A stretch of 64,000 nucleotides of DNA. Source: Azolla caroliniana (Eukaryota > Plantae > Polypodiophyta). Each line of letters opens with the position of its first letter. Within the stretch, counting starts at the first letter, position 1. Of the stretch, positions 1 through 38,734 are shown in pieces. The notes beneath the pieces are model-generated. The model saw only the letters and a program-made list of their open reading frames with translations, did not search any database and was not told the origin of the DNA. The DNA lies in NCBI GenBank assembly GCA_043228905.1, contig JBHGNT010000004.1, positions 9,982,001-10,046,000 on the forward strand, given 5' to 3'. Made by a program: the position numbers and the translations under genes.

Positions 1-469
1 TTCAAGGCTGTAAGGTATCCAGGTTTCTGTCAAGTGCTCTACATAAAAATGTCATGCACGGATAATTCAATTCATTTGGCCAGATTTCACTTGTGGCATA
101 TGAAGTAGACATATTGTACTACTGATGTAGCAGCCAAGGAAGGTTACCAAAATGTGTGTTTGATTTCTTGTGTGCCCTTGTTTTAATGTGTACTGGACAG
201 TGCAAACAAGATCATTATATGGGTGTCTGGCTGTTTCATGAGCTTCTGCATGTGAATTCAGCCTTCTCTACTGTTGTCTTTCATCGTAGTGAAGGTTGTG
301 AGAGCTTCAGCCTTTCCTCTCTACTGTTGTCTTCTCCAGTTCTGAGCTGGGTGGATTCATTTTTTACGGTTGTTAAAAGTAATAGCAGATGTTTATGGAA
401 CTGAAAAGTTCCTTGCTATTGGTCAGGATGCCTGTTGTCTATTCTCTGGGGGCATAAGTAATGCTTATT

Positions 470-745
470 TACCATCTGCTCCATCTTCCATTCACTGACA
501 AGTTTGTTGTACGTATAGCTGCTCTCCACACAGCGCAGAATATACTTTTGTATTTATTTTCTATACTGAGCTTTATGCATACCATACATTCAGGGAAATT
601 AGTATCTCTAGCAATATTTACCATCTGCCCCATCTTCCATTCACTGTCAACTTTGTTGTACGTGCAGCTCCTGTCCAGACAGCGCAAAATATACTATTTT
701 ATCTATTTTTTATCCTGAGCTTTATGCATACCATACATTCACCGA
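470..745. repeat. Imperfect tandem duplication, period about 141 bp (intronic)
   Basis: TTTACCATCTGC.CCATCTTCCATTCACTG...CTGAGCTTTATGCATACCATACATTCA occurs at about 467-592 and again at about 617-741. Confidence 0.75.
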
Positions 746-1188
746 AATTAGTAATTCTTGCAAGCTGCAACCCATGGAAACTATGTATATTTATATAGGT
801 TCACTGAAGCTATGCAATACTCAATCAGAATATGATAAAACAAAGTGAATTGCAAATCCACAGCACCTGTATTCCATGAGTACGGCATTTTCTTTTTGGA
901 ATTTTGCCAGTTTACCAAAGCAGTTTAGGACATCCTTATTGTGCATAAGTGAAGGTAGAAAGATGATGGAAGTCCCATGTACCTGGTCATGAGGTGCTGG
1001 TTGTTGTCAATCCTCAGGGTATTAAGCACAGTGACAAACATCGGGCTTTCAAGCTTGAGAGGCTTCTTGGTCATTGGACTTTCTGAAACATGAACACATT
1101 TGTTGTTGTGGAGGCTAATTTAGATTTTATCTATATATTTCTTCTATATTTCACTCTTTTCATGATTTTACAACTCTTAAATATACAG

Positions 1189-3302
1189 ATGATGGCCCAC
1201 CTGAGCCCAGCAGTCCCTCATTGAAGCGAGCAGAAGAGCCTGGAGTACAACTAGTTTATGAAATAAAATGCAAACTTTATATTAAGGTATATATATGGTT
1301 CCCAATTCCTAACGTATTTCTTGTTTGCAAGGTCATGAGGTTCACAGCTTTAGAAATGCTTTTGAGTTTACATTATATGATACTGAATACTTCTGAAAAC
1401 GAATGTCTTTGATTTATGGTCTGTCTTGCAGTTTTCTTTAATGTTTGTCATGTAAACCATATTTTAAAGCTCTACATGGTTTCATCTTTATGGATTGTTG
1501 AAACTGCATTTTCCAGGGTGAACCAAATTCTGACAAGGCTTGGAAAGAGTTGGGCATGGGAAACCTGACCTTGAAATCCAGGGAAGGTGTGGAGAAAGGG
1601 ACAAAAGATGCAAAAGCTACCGTGGTCGTCAGAAATGAAGTGAGTTCTTGTTTCCTAACATTTTCCATGTACAACACTAGAAATGGAGCGAGTTCTTGTT
1701 TCATTACATTTACAATGTACAATGCTAGAAATTAAATGAATAAACTTATGAAAACATCAGAAAAGTTAAATGTTAAATGGGAAGCAGATCTCTTTATTCA
1801 GCACCCATAGAGTCGGACACATTTTGTGCTATTGCCAGTGTTGTATTGAATTCCTAGGTTTGTGTTGATGAGTATCAAAAGCACACTTTTGTGCAAGATT
1901 GGGTTGTATGTATGTTTTCTAGAGTAATACACATTTTGATTTACATTTAAAATAAAGAAATATCATGATCTTGCAGTAAGTTAGCAATTAGAGCATTCTA
2001 TCTGGGTTTGTGTACAAAAAAGTACTCCCATATGATTTCTCATCTGGGGATATCTTCAAATATGGACTGTTGATCGTTATATAAGTTTTAAGCTGCTTCT
2101 CCTAGAGTCATCTGGTTCTGCTTAATATATTATGATACTGTAGTACTGTTTCTCATTCTTGGGTGCTCAAATGAAGTAACTTTATATAGTGGTAAAAGTT
2201 GGTTCCACGATCTCAATAGTAAAGCCAGTCTTCTTCAAGACAATTTGTCTTTGTAATATATTTTTTGTCTTTAATCTAACCTTATATTTGGCTAATCAAT
2301 GAGGTGAAGTGTGGCTGCTCACACTATATAATAGGGACTATTAGACAGTGAGCAGGGTGATACAATATTTAAATATGGATTGTTGATCCTTTTACAAGCT
2401 TTATGTTGTTTCTCCGAGGCTGCTCTGGTTCTGCATTATGTATTATAATACTGTGGTACTGTTTCTCATTCTTACGTGCTCAAATGAAATAACTGTATGG
2501 GGGTGAAGTTCCACCATGTCGATTGCAAAGCCAATTTTCTTCAATGCAGTTTTCTCTGAAACATAATTATTCTTCAGTCCAACATTACAAATGGCTTGCC
2601 AATTAATTAAGTGAATTCTGCCTTCTCACGTTGTCTAATAAATGGTAGATGTATTATATAGATATCTTTTGGAATTTAATAACCTACTAAATTAATGACT
2701 AGGCCATTATGCCAAGCAGTTAAAGCTATGGTATGTACACAACTTCTGGAAATTGTACTTATTCAACCAATTGTTATTAAATACACCATGTTTATCTAAT
2801 AAAACAATGTATGTTTAAATGCTTTACTTATTAGCTAGCAACTGTTTTTTGCAGGTAGGAAGAATACTTCTGAATGCGTTATTGTATCCAAACATGAAGA
2901 TGAACGTGCAGAAAAACACTGTTACTGGCATTTTTCATTCAGCGGTATGCATTTTGGGTGGATTGTCATATAAGTAGTTCATCCGATACTATTTGTGGTT
3001 TTCATAATCCTTCAAGAAGCATTCATTCATCCTCTATTGTGTAATCATGTAAATTAAGAAAGTTGTGTGCTAAGTAGGTTAGCAAAGGGCAAGATTCCAA
3101 CCTTTATTGCTATTTAGTGCATAACATTTCTGTTTTCGTCTGTTTTACAACTTCACAGGAAGCTGACGTGAAAACAGAAACAGAAGAGGGGCATAGGGAA
3201 TCTGATGCTACAAAGGGTAGGCTGTACTTATTCAAATTGAGAACTGCAAGTGATGCAGAACAGCTTGGTGATGTTTTAACCTCAAATGCCCCTAAAGGGT
3301 AA
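1189..3302 (+). CDS. NUP50: 3' part of a RanBP1 (Ran-binding/PH-like) domain protein, NUP50-like; 5' exons not located in the window
   Basis: Exons with AG/GT borders at 1189-1286, 1517-1639, 2855-2944 and 3159-3302 join in frame: DGPPEPSSPSLKRAEEPGVQLVYEIKCKLYIK / GEPNSDKAWKELGMGNLTLKSREGVEKGTKDAKATVVVRNE / VGRILLNALLYPNMKMNVQKNTVTGIFHSA / EADVK...LYLFKLRTASDAEQLGDVLTSNAPKG*. This is a RanBD signature (KLY..., WKE.G.G.L, RN.VG.ILLNA) resembling plant NUP50b-type proteins from memory. Confidence 0.8.
2030..2640. repeat. Degenerate tandem duplication of about 310 bp in an intron of the RanBP1-domain gene
   Basis: AAATATGGA.TGTTGATC...TCTGGTTCTGC...ATACTGT.GTACTGTTTCTCATTCTT...GTGCTCAAATGAA.TAACT starts at about 2058 and again at about 2371. 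Confidence 0.7.
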
Positions 3303-4619
3303 TGTTATTAGTTGTACGCTTTCTAGAGCAGAGTTTTTTTACCCAATAGTTTGGCTTGAGAAGCTCAGGAGAGATGGAACTCACTTGTGTTGATCACCGA
3401 AGAAGTTAAGCAGCTCCTTGAGTGTGGCTGTATGGTTGCCATTGCTGCTGGCCCTGAGTTTTCTTTGAGAGACAAGATGTGTTAGTATGAAATTCATTCA
3501 CAAGGCATTCCTAGAAATTCATTCACAAGGCATTCCTAGAGTTGTACACTAGCATGTATCCTTACGTCACGTTGATCCAGCGTCGATAAAATTTTGTTCA
3601 CATTACTATGACAAACCTGAATCTTTGACTTAAGCACTTTTAATTAGCTCTTGCAAACAGAAACGTTTCTTTTAATTTTAGCACTTTCAATTCAGCTTTT
3701 GTGAATAGCAGCATTTTCGCATCCTTGCATTATGACTTGTGCACAGCTGTTGGTATGACATTCATTCAAGGTCATTTGTAGAGTTGTGCAATAGCATGTA
3801 TCCTTTTGTCGTGTTGATCCAGCGTGGATGAAATTTTGTTCACTACTAAGACAGCTCTTGAGAAACATTTCTTTTAAATATCATTTTCAATTCAGCTCTT
3901 GCACAGGTGGAGCCATGTTGTCTTATTATATACAAACATTTATGATGTGATTTAGTGATATGAAAGATTGTTCTAGATTGCTTTGCTGTATTTTGTAGCA
4001 TTGCAGCTTAATCATTTAATGAAACAAAATTGATTGCATAATGCAGGTTCAAATTTTAACAGATGTTAAGAAATTGTCTTGTTACATTTACATTGATGAT
4101 TAACTTACTGAGTTTGCTAATATATTTTGTGTTATAAATAGCTTGACATAGATGAGTATGTTGATAGCAAGAGTTCCATGATTGCTCAATTCAGCATATT
4201 GATAAATCAATATTTTCAAGAATGAAAACGTATAAACAAGTACTTTTACGTTTCCTATCATATGCAATGATGAGTTCATCTACTCAAAAACAAAGACGCA
4301 CCCTAGTATTCTTTTATTCGTGGAAAGCTTTTTTGACACCTTCAAATGTGCACATTAACAAAACAAATCTGAACTATACCTCTACTTAAAAATTGGTGTG
4401 CTTCACTGAAGGAGTCCCTTTTCATAACCAAATATTATGGTACATTCTACACTACAAGAATATTGGGCTTTGAGCTTTGTATATCTTGTCAGTAATAACA
4501 ATTAGAATAAAAAACCCAGCCTGGCTTTGGAAAGGGTAAGGAATTGATTTCTTTAATTATTGGATGTTTACATATAATGTGATGTATGGTATCAGCTTGC
4601 AAGTGAAAAAACATGGAAC

Positions 4620-4923
4620 GTGCACCTGAGGCATGAATGACATACTTAGAAATGGAGGCTTGTATCTTCCATTAATGTCTCTTCGTCCTCACCTCAAGTC
4701 AGCATTCTGAAGAACCATACCCAGATATCATTTATTTTTGGAGCCAATAAGACATCTACACTTTGAGTTCCTCAAGTGCACCTGAGGCATGAATGACATA
4801 GAAATAGATATTGTATCTTCCATTAATGTCTCTTCATCCTCACCTCAAGTCAGCATTCTGAAGAACCATACCCAGATATCATTTATTTTTGGAGCCAATA
4901 AGACATCTACACTTTGAGTTCCT
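4620..4923. repeat. Near-perfect tandem duplication of about 150 bp in the probable SPI 3' UTR
   Basis: GTGCACCTGAGGCATGAATGACATA...CATCTACACTTTGAGTTCCTC at about 4620-4773 and about 4776-4923. Confidence 0.85.
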
Positions 4924-4968
4924 CGTATATCTACAAACTGAGAAATTGAAACTTGCATGCATTCATTA

Positions 4969-31996
<27,028 letters not shown>

Positions 31997-33189
31997 GATT
32001 ACCTTCCTAAACATCGGACCAAATGTAGTTAGCATCACAGGTTTGGCAAGCATCAGCTAACCCAAAACAAAGCATCATGGATGTGGTTAAATAGTTCAAT
32101 TAAAAAAGCTAATAATACTACCTATGAAACCCAAAGGTTCAGCTATATTTGTGTTGCAAGTTCACGCCCCCAACTATCTTCCTTTTTGTTGCCAGTGGGA
32201 TTCATTAATAATGGATCTAGAATTTTCTGTTCTAAATACACCATCTAAAATTGTATCCGTTCAACGAAAGGCCATGGTGGAAAGTTAAACGATGCCTATA
32301 ATAAGGTATAAATTCATCAATAACATCTAAAAATGTATTGAATTCACTGTGGAAAACCAGGTACAATTTCATCAATGCCATTCTGATATGTAACTCATTC
32401 AGCCTGTTCAAATTCATCACTTCCATCTAATCTATGTCTCTAATTAGACTGTGTAAATTCAGAGACAAATTCATCAATTAGCTTATGTACATCTCGTCAA
32501 TAACATCCATGTGATGTTCCATGTGCATTGCTGTGGATCCGATCGAAATCTGATCGAAAGTATGTAAAGATCACAATAAACATAGTTATACAAATATCGG
32601 AAGTCAGTAATTATATATAAATATGCAAGTTTTCTAAGGTGATGATGGTAAGTAAGTGAGCTGCCTTAGAAGGATGTGAACAGCAAATGAAGTGACAAAA
32701 GAGGTCCAAAACATTTCTACACAAATTCAACTCTTATAGTTCTGAAAATATCTCTTCTAATTCTTTATGACGAACCCGTATTTTGTGCTTTTGAAAGATT
32801 CGTTTGAAAATCTATTTGAGAATTTGGGCCAATGTAATGCAAGTATCTGTGTCTGTGCTTGAGCGCATGTATATACGACTACCTTAGAACCCCAGTTCAA
32901 AAAATGGAGCTAAATTTGATGAATGTATGTATGCAGAAGAAGAAGAGAATGTTAAAAAGTCGAGTTCAAAACTAAAATGAACTAATTTAATGGATGTTTA
33001 TGAGACAAAGTCTGTTAAGATTGACCTGAAAGCTGCTTCTGTCTCTGCACGAGATGGTGGAAGGGATCAAAGTGCATTGCCCAAAGCGAAGGGGAAAGAC
33101 TCCTCCTCCGCCTACTAATAGATTTGAGTCTTGGAAGAAGAAAGAGGATCAAACAAAAAAAATGAGAAAATGAAATGATAGAAGAGAAG

Positions 33190-33755
33190 ACGGGGGGAGG
33201 GGGAGGGGGAGGGGGAGGGGGAGGTTTCTGCAAAAACGCGAAGAGCTTAGCGTACCCGGTGATGAAGGCTTCCTGAGGAGGGGAACCGAGGCGGAGGTTC
33301 GTGTGGGGAGCCGACTGACTGAGCCGTCCAAACCGAAGGGGGGGGCGGGGATGAGGTTCGTTTGCCGAGCCGGAGGTTCATATCCCGAACCGGAGGCTCG
33401 TTGGGGGGGGTGGGGGGGTGAACGTGTGAGTTGCGTGCGTGCACGACCCATCATGCTGCTACACCACTCTATTCCTTCCTTCCCTTTTTCACACACAATG
33501 GGGGGGGGGGGGGGGGGGGGGGGGGGACGTAGAGAGGGTTTGGGAGAGGAACCTTACGCACCGCACGACTACCTTGTTCGGGGCGCTTTGCCGCCCACAC
33601 CTTTCACTCTGTATCTAGCGATCTTTCTTGGAAACATGTTCGGTAACCATAACTGTTATCTCGTCTGATAGCACGAGGGCTATATTTAAGTGTTGACCTA
33701 TGTGTGCCTTGAGTGATTTAAGTGAGTCGTACCCTCCCCCCCCCCCCCCCCCCAT
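33190..33755. promoter_or_regulatory. GC-rich probable promoter/5' UTR region of SPI with G-runs
   Basis: (GGGGGA)n at about 33192-33224, G27 at 33500-33526 and C18 at 33736-33753, 1.2-1.8 kb upstream of the ATG. A candidate minus-strand 5' UTR donor (CCGG|GTACGC) lies near 33254. Promoter role is inferred from position only. Confidence 0.45.
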
Positions 33756-34355
33756 CCTGTAGCCCCAACCACCTCCGGCATATATTTACTAACCTATGCT
33801 TCAAACCTCTTGGCCATTGGAAGATGGAATGCCATATACCTTGACCGACCTCCTACGTAAGTGGTTGGGCCTAGCTATTGTTGCTCAATAGTTGACCAAG
33901 GATGAGCTAATAAAATGGTCACACAAGCCCTAGCTAGAAATAGACAGTCGTGGTTGACATTGTTCACTACACCCCATGAGTAGCACTTGGTGACCATGAT
34001 GACAACTCGTCCTATTGTAGTGGACAATATAGTGACTGTTGTTCGAATGTGGCAATTTTATATCAAATACCTACAACCATCCATGCCATGCCCCACAACT
34101 CCTAAGAGTTCATATTTGACCACTAACAAATTTCTAATTGTCATCTTCAGCCCCATAGAGGCCACCTTATTCTTTTGTTTATTCAACCAACACTTTTTAC
34201 TTCGACCAAGCAACGGCTTCACACAAACAAAAAAGCACGACCATAATGTTGAACATATCTTATTGAAACATCACATCATCCCCATCAAAGGTTGTATTTG
34301 ATCCTACTGAGCCCCTCACATCAATTTGGCAAGCGCTATTTGTACGAATAACACT

Positions 34356-34839
34356 TGTTGCCATTAGTTACTCACATTCCGGAAGAGAAGACATATTTTG
34401 TAAATATGTTTGAGTAAGCCTATTGTAAATAGCCCTAAGTTCATATAAGTATAAATATGACTTAGGGCAATCACTTTAGTTGTTGTTGTCATATTGTTGT
34501 ATGCAGATAATTGTTGTACAGTGCGAGTATCAGAGAGAGAGTGTGTGTGTGAGAGAGAGAGAGATACAAAACGGTTTCTGTTGTAACCGCCGCTTGGTGA
34601 AGAAACAGAGCTCGCGATCGTTGCCTCCGAGTCTCTGTTTGTACCTTTCTCATACAGTGATAGTTCGGAGTCTGTGGGCTCCCGTGGTTTTTTCCTATTA
34701 GGGTTTTCCACGTAAACATCCTATGTACTATCTCTTGGTGTACGAGCATTCATCACTATTCCCATTTCTATGTTTGATCCCTGAAGAAGTGATCTAGGAC
34801 TCGGTTGTGGCCGAATAGTATTCCGCCCTATTCTTCACA
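34356..34839 (+). mobile_element. Solo/partial Copia-type LTR
   Basis: TATAAATA box, (GA/GT) tract, CCCGTGGTTTTTTCC...GGGTTTTCCACGTAAA motif typical of Copia LTRs, ends in CA. Partly similar to 59060-59230. No TSD verified and 5' border uncertain. Confidence 0.55.
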
Positions 34840-35978
34840 GCGTTTGACAAACCGGCTTAGCCAAACACACACATAGAGTACGCGTACATAGGAGAGAGAG
34901 AGAGAGAGCAAAACATAAACTCAATTCAAAATAACACTTTGAAAACTCTCTGTATACAATGTGCTAAACAACACTATTTATACAAGTCCTCAAAAGGATT
35001 GACAGAAGTACTATGTACTTCAATGCTCATACGAGCAATTGACACTAACTACGAGACAATGATTACCTAGTAGTCTAGGCTACTACTAGGCTTCCGGTTC
35101 ACACTCGAATCCGGCTCTCCGATTTGTCTCCTGGTTCCGGATATCATCCGGACACCGATCCGGTTCTCCGTTCTGGATACCGATCCGGATACGGTTGAGC
35201 TTGCTCGCTCAACACTCCCCCTCAAGCTCAACTTGAGGTTGGATCATGGTGTTAGTGTCTGTGGCAGCCGGTCCTTCCACCCGGCTCCTTTTGGCGTCGT
35301 TCCGCCTTGCTTGCGCTCCTCATCCGGTCCGGTCTCGTTTGCCTACGACCCTTCTGGTTCTACGCACCTCGATCTCCTTGGTCGGCTTGTCTGCTCAACA
35401 GGCCCATTTCAGCTCCCTCGCTGCTACAACTCTGGCGCTTGTCGACCTGTCGGCTCCTCCGTGTTGGCATCGACTTCCATTGCGTTTGTGTTTGCTTGGC
35501 CTAAAGAAGATCTGGCTCTTCCGAATCCATCTGTTGAACCGAATTGGCTGTCTCCAATTCATTCCAGCTCTTGTTTGAATCAGTCACTTCTGATTCGTTC
35601 TAGGTCTTGTCCGAGTTGGTGTTCTCCAACTCGTCTCCGGTTTTCAGGTCCTTCACCACATCAGACCATGACCGGGTCTTGGCCTTCTTCTTCTGGTCGG
35701 CTCTGTCCTTTTTTACTTTGCCGCCACTGCTGCTTGCTTCGACTTGTTCAGATGTGCTGACTCCTTTGGTCAACTTGGCTTCCTTTTTCTGCTCATCTCC
35801 TCCTTTGGTTCTTTCTTCCTCTCCGGCTCCTTGTCTGATGCCATCCGTTCACGTTCATGTTCTCCCCCTCAAGTGCGGCACATCGAGATGCTGTAGGCCG
35901 AGCATCTCTTAAAAGTGTTGCAACTTGTCCGACCCAAGCGGCTTGGTGAAGATGTCGGCAACCTGCCGATCCGTTGTC
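34840..35978 (-). mobile_element. 3' fragment of family-A Copia (RNase H end, charged extension, PPT, partial 3' LTR)
   Basis: Minus strand reads ADIFTKPLG..., PPT CTTGAGGGGGAG at 35215-35226, and an LTR starting TGTTGAGCGAGCAAGCTCAAC at 35214, homologous to the LTRs at 42831 and 57784. Confidence 0.85.
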
Positions 35979-35982
35979 GCTT

Positions 35983-36484
35983 TGTTACGCGCGTGCGTGT
36001 AGAAGGGACAGGACCACCGGGGTCTCGGACTAGGGAGTAGAGGAGAAAGAATAAGATATAATTTGGAAGCTTAGCTCAAGAGGAGAAGAGGCAAGAATAA
36101 GACCATGACATAGAAGGAGAGATCGGCCGAGGCAAGATGCTCAACAAGTTATATTAAAACAAACGAATGATTACAACAATGGTGGCCGCATGGGCCGCAC
36201 CAAACGACTATGAGAAAACCCTAACCGAGGATGAATAATGAAACCCTAAACGAAACACTAACCCTAAAACGATAAGAACTCTAGACTAAGTGGTATACCT
36301 TTCATACGCAAAATAGGCAACCCTTTTTACAAAGGGCGCTCCCTTCCTTTTATAGAATAAGGAGAGGGATGTGTAACAATGTGGGATAAATCCCTTATTA
36401 CATGGGATCCTCTGTCCCAACTTAACTCCTATTATTCACATGTTTTAACAAGGGTGAGTAGAGATGTAGTAAAGAGAGATAACA
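35983..36484. mobile_element. Probable solo LTR (unclassified)
   Basis: TGTTA...TAACA terminal inverted repeats truncating the Copia fragment; TTTTATAG box. No TSD match found. Confidence 0.4.
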
Positions 36485-37376
36485 CAATAAGCTCAAAATT
36501 GATATTTGAGAGAATGTAAGAAATTTATAATATTTTCATGAAAGAGGTTACAAAATGTTTGTGAGTGTCGTTGAATCTTTGCCCTTTGTATTGTAAGCCA
36601 ATCACCACAAAGCATTGATCCACTCTTCTCTTTTTTAAGAAACAAACCACAATTTTTCCATCTATTTTCCAAAGACGCCACAACTTGAACCTTCGCCATT
36701 TCATTGTAAGGTGAGCACCATAACTATCAAGCTGGTTCTTCTTTTGTATCTTTAAAAAGATTGTTTATATTCTCTACCTTCTCTCAATCATATTATTCTC
36801 GATATATCTTCCCGCCTATCTTAGGATATATAATTTTTTTTATATCCCTTGTGAGGACACTCCCTTCTCCCTTTATAGTAAAGGTGTTGAGCGGACAAGC
36901 TCAATTGGATCCGAATCGACTGAATAAGCCAGAGCCGGATCGGAGAACCGGATCATAATCTAAATTAAACCGTAACCAGTAGGCTGTTAGAGGCTTACGA
37001 ATCTAGCCTAGTACGTGTCATGATGACATACATTTTTGGCTTACAAGGATTCAAGCCCAAGACATCTTGGTCTATATGTTAGACCTTTAACCATTATACT
37101 AACATATATGATGTATAGTTATAATAAATGTATTATTAGTTATTACAAGATATTTAGAGTATTCTAGAACATTCTAGGATATTCCATGATTATATTAAAT
37201 ATCATAAATATCTAAAGAGATTCTAGAACATTCTAGAATACTCCATAAGGACCTATAAATAGGTATCTATTCATTCATCACAACCCATTCAGTTCAACAC
37301 TAGTTTGTAGCCCCTTAGCCTACTCTTTGTAATCCTTGCTCTCTTATAATATAAACTCTCTTTCCATTTCTGGTGT

Positions 37377-37411
<35 letters not shown>

Positions 37412-37552
37412 CTTCTATTGTCATCTTATTTTTCTCTCTCCTATTCTTAAGTCATGACAATTTGAACCGAATCTATCTCTTTTCTTCTTCTCCAACTTCT
37501 TCTTCTCATCTTAACCTTATTCAAGCAAATCTAGCAATTTTCTATCGCAACT

Positions 37553-38671
37553 ATGGAGTCCGTCAACAAGCAAGAATATATGCGTGTTCTCTCCGAGCTC
37601 GAAATGCAAACAACCGAATTCGTGGCACTAGAGCATGAAAATCAAAGATTGTTGGGAGACCTACAACAAGTAAATGTTGAGAAAGTACAACAATATGAAG
37701 AATTATCTCAACGGGTGCATCAATTGGAGACTACTCTATTGCAACGACAAGCGGCGGAAGTTCAAACCTTGCTGAAGGAACCCAAGATTAGTTTGCCGGC
37801 CAAGTTTGATGGTACAAGGTCTCAATTTCATGGATTTTTAAATCAGGTACGACTTGTGATTAAATTGCATCCTAGCAGTTACCCAACTGATGTTGCTTGT
37901 GTGGGTCTAGTTGGTACCTTGTTAACGGGTACCGCATTAGCGTGGTTTGCACCATTCCTAGAGAAGCACTCACCATTATTAGAAGATTTTGAAGGGTTTA
38001 TTAATGAGTTCCAAGCTAAATTTGGAGACACTGATAGTATGAGGACTGCAATAAACAAAATTCGGAGATTACGACAAGGAGATCGTCCTGCTTCCGCTTA
38101 TGCTGCAGATTTTCGCCTTCTAGCATGTGATATTCCATGGGACGAGGCGACATTAATGGACCAATTTCATCAAGGTTTGCACAATGATGTGAAGGATTTA
38201 CTTCTTACCTTCCATGATGATCCAAAATCTCTTACTGAAGCAGTAAGCCGGGCCGTGCGATGTGACAATCACTTATTTGAGCGGTGTTCTGAGCGCCAAC
38301 AAATGTTACGCTTTCAACCAACAGAAACATATGCTTCGGTGGTTGCAACTCCACCCCAAGTATCAAAGTCAAGTGTGGTGGAAGGCCCTATTCCAATGGA
38401 AATCGAGACAACACGACGTCGAGGACCATTATTGGATGCTAAAAAGCAACGACGGCAAGAGAATCGTCTATGCCTCTATTGTGGTGGTCCAGGGCATATT
38501 GTTGTGAATTGTCCACATAAACCACGACGACAAGTTAACCAAGTAAGTGCTCATGACAATCCCATCTCAATTTTTGCCCCGCCTTCTCGTAACCCAAGTA
38601 GGCCTAGTAGTTCCTGTCATAAAAATACATTTGATGTCTTGAGCCAATTAGATGATGTGTTAAACGAGTAA
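37553..38671 (+). CDS. Gypsy Gag (PEG10/Tf-type capsid with CCHC zinc knuckle)
   Basis: Intact 372-aa ORF: EPKISLPAKFDG, LRQGDRPASAYAADFRLLA, PIPMEI, CLYCGGPGHIVVNC. Confidence 0.9.
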   Translation: MESVNKQEYMRVLSELEMQTTEFVALEHENQRLLGDLQQVNVEKVQQYEELSQRVHQLETTLLQRQAAEVQTLLKEPKISLPAKFDGTRSQFHGFLNQVRLVIKLHPSSYPTDVACVGLVGTLLTGTALAWFAPFLEKHSPLLEDFEGFINEFQAKFGDTDSMRTAINKIRRLRQGDRPASAYAADFRLLACDIPWDEATLMDQFHQGLHNDVKDLLLTFHDDPKSLTEAVSRAVRCDNHLFERCSERQQMLRFQPTETYASVVATPPQVSKSSVVEGPIPMEIETTRRRGPLLDAKKQRRQENRLCLYCGGPGHIVVNCPHKPRRQVNQVSAHDNPISIFAPPSRNPSRPSSSCHKNTFDVLSQLDDVLNE

Positions 38672-38734
38672 GTCTGGCCAAAATCGGAGCCATTTGGGTG
38701 GACAGCCCTAGGCATGTAACGTACGTCCCTAGTT

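Noticed and set aside
33015-33668. Pro/Gly-rich short ORFs
   Set aside because: By-products of the G/C homopolymers.
35233-35912. Overlapping plus-strand ORFs of 101-175 aa
   Set aside because: Antisense to the Copia 3' extension and of low complexity.
36218-36270. AAACCCTAA motifs as a telomeric array
   Set aside because: Dispersed single telo-box-like motifs within an LTR-like sequence, not tandem repeats.
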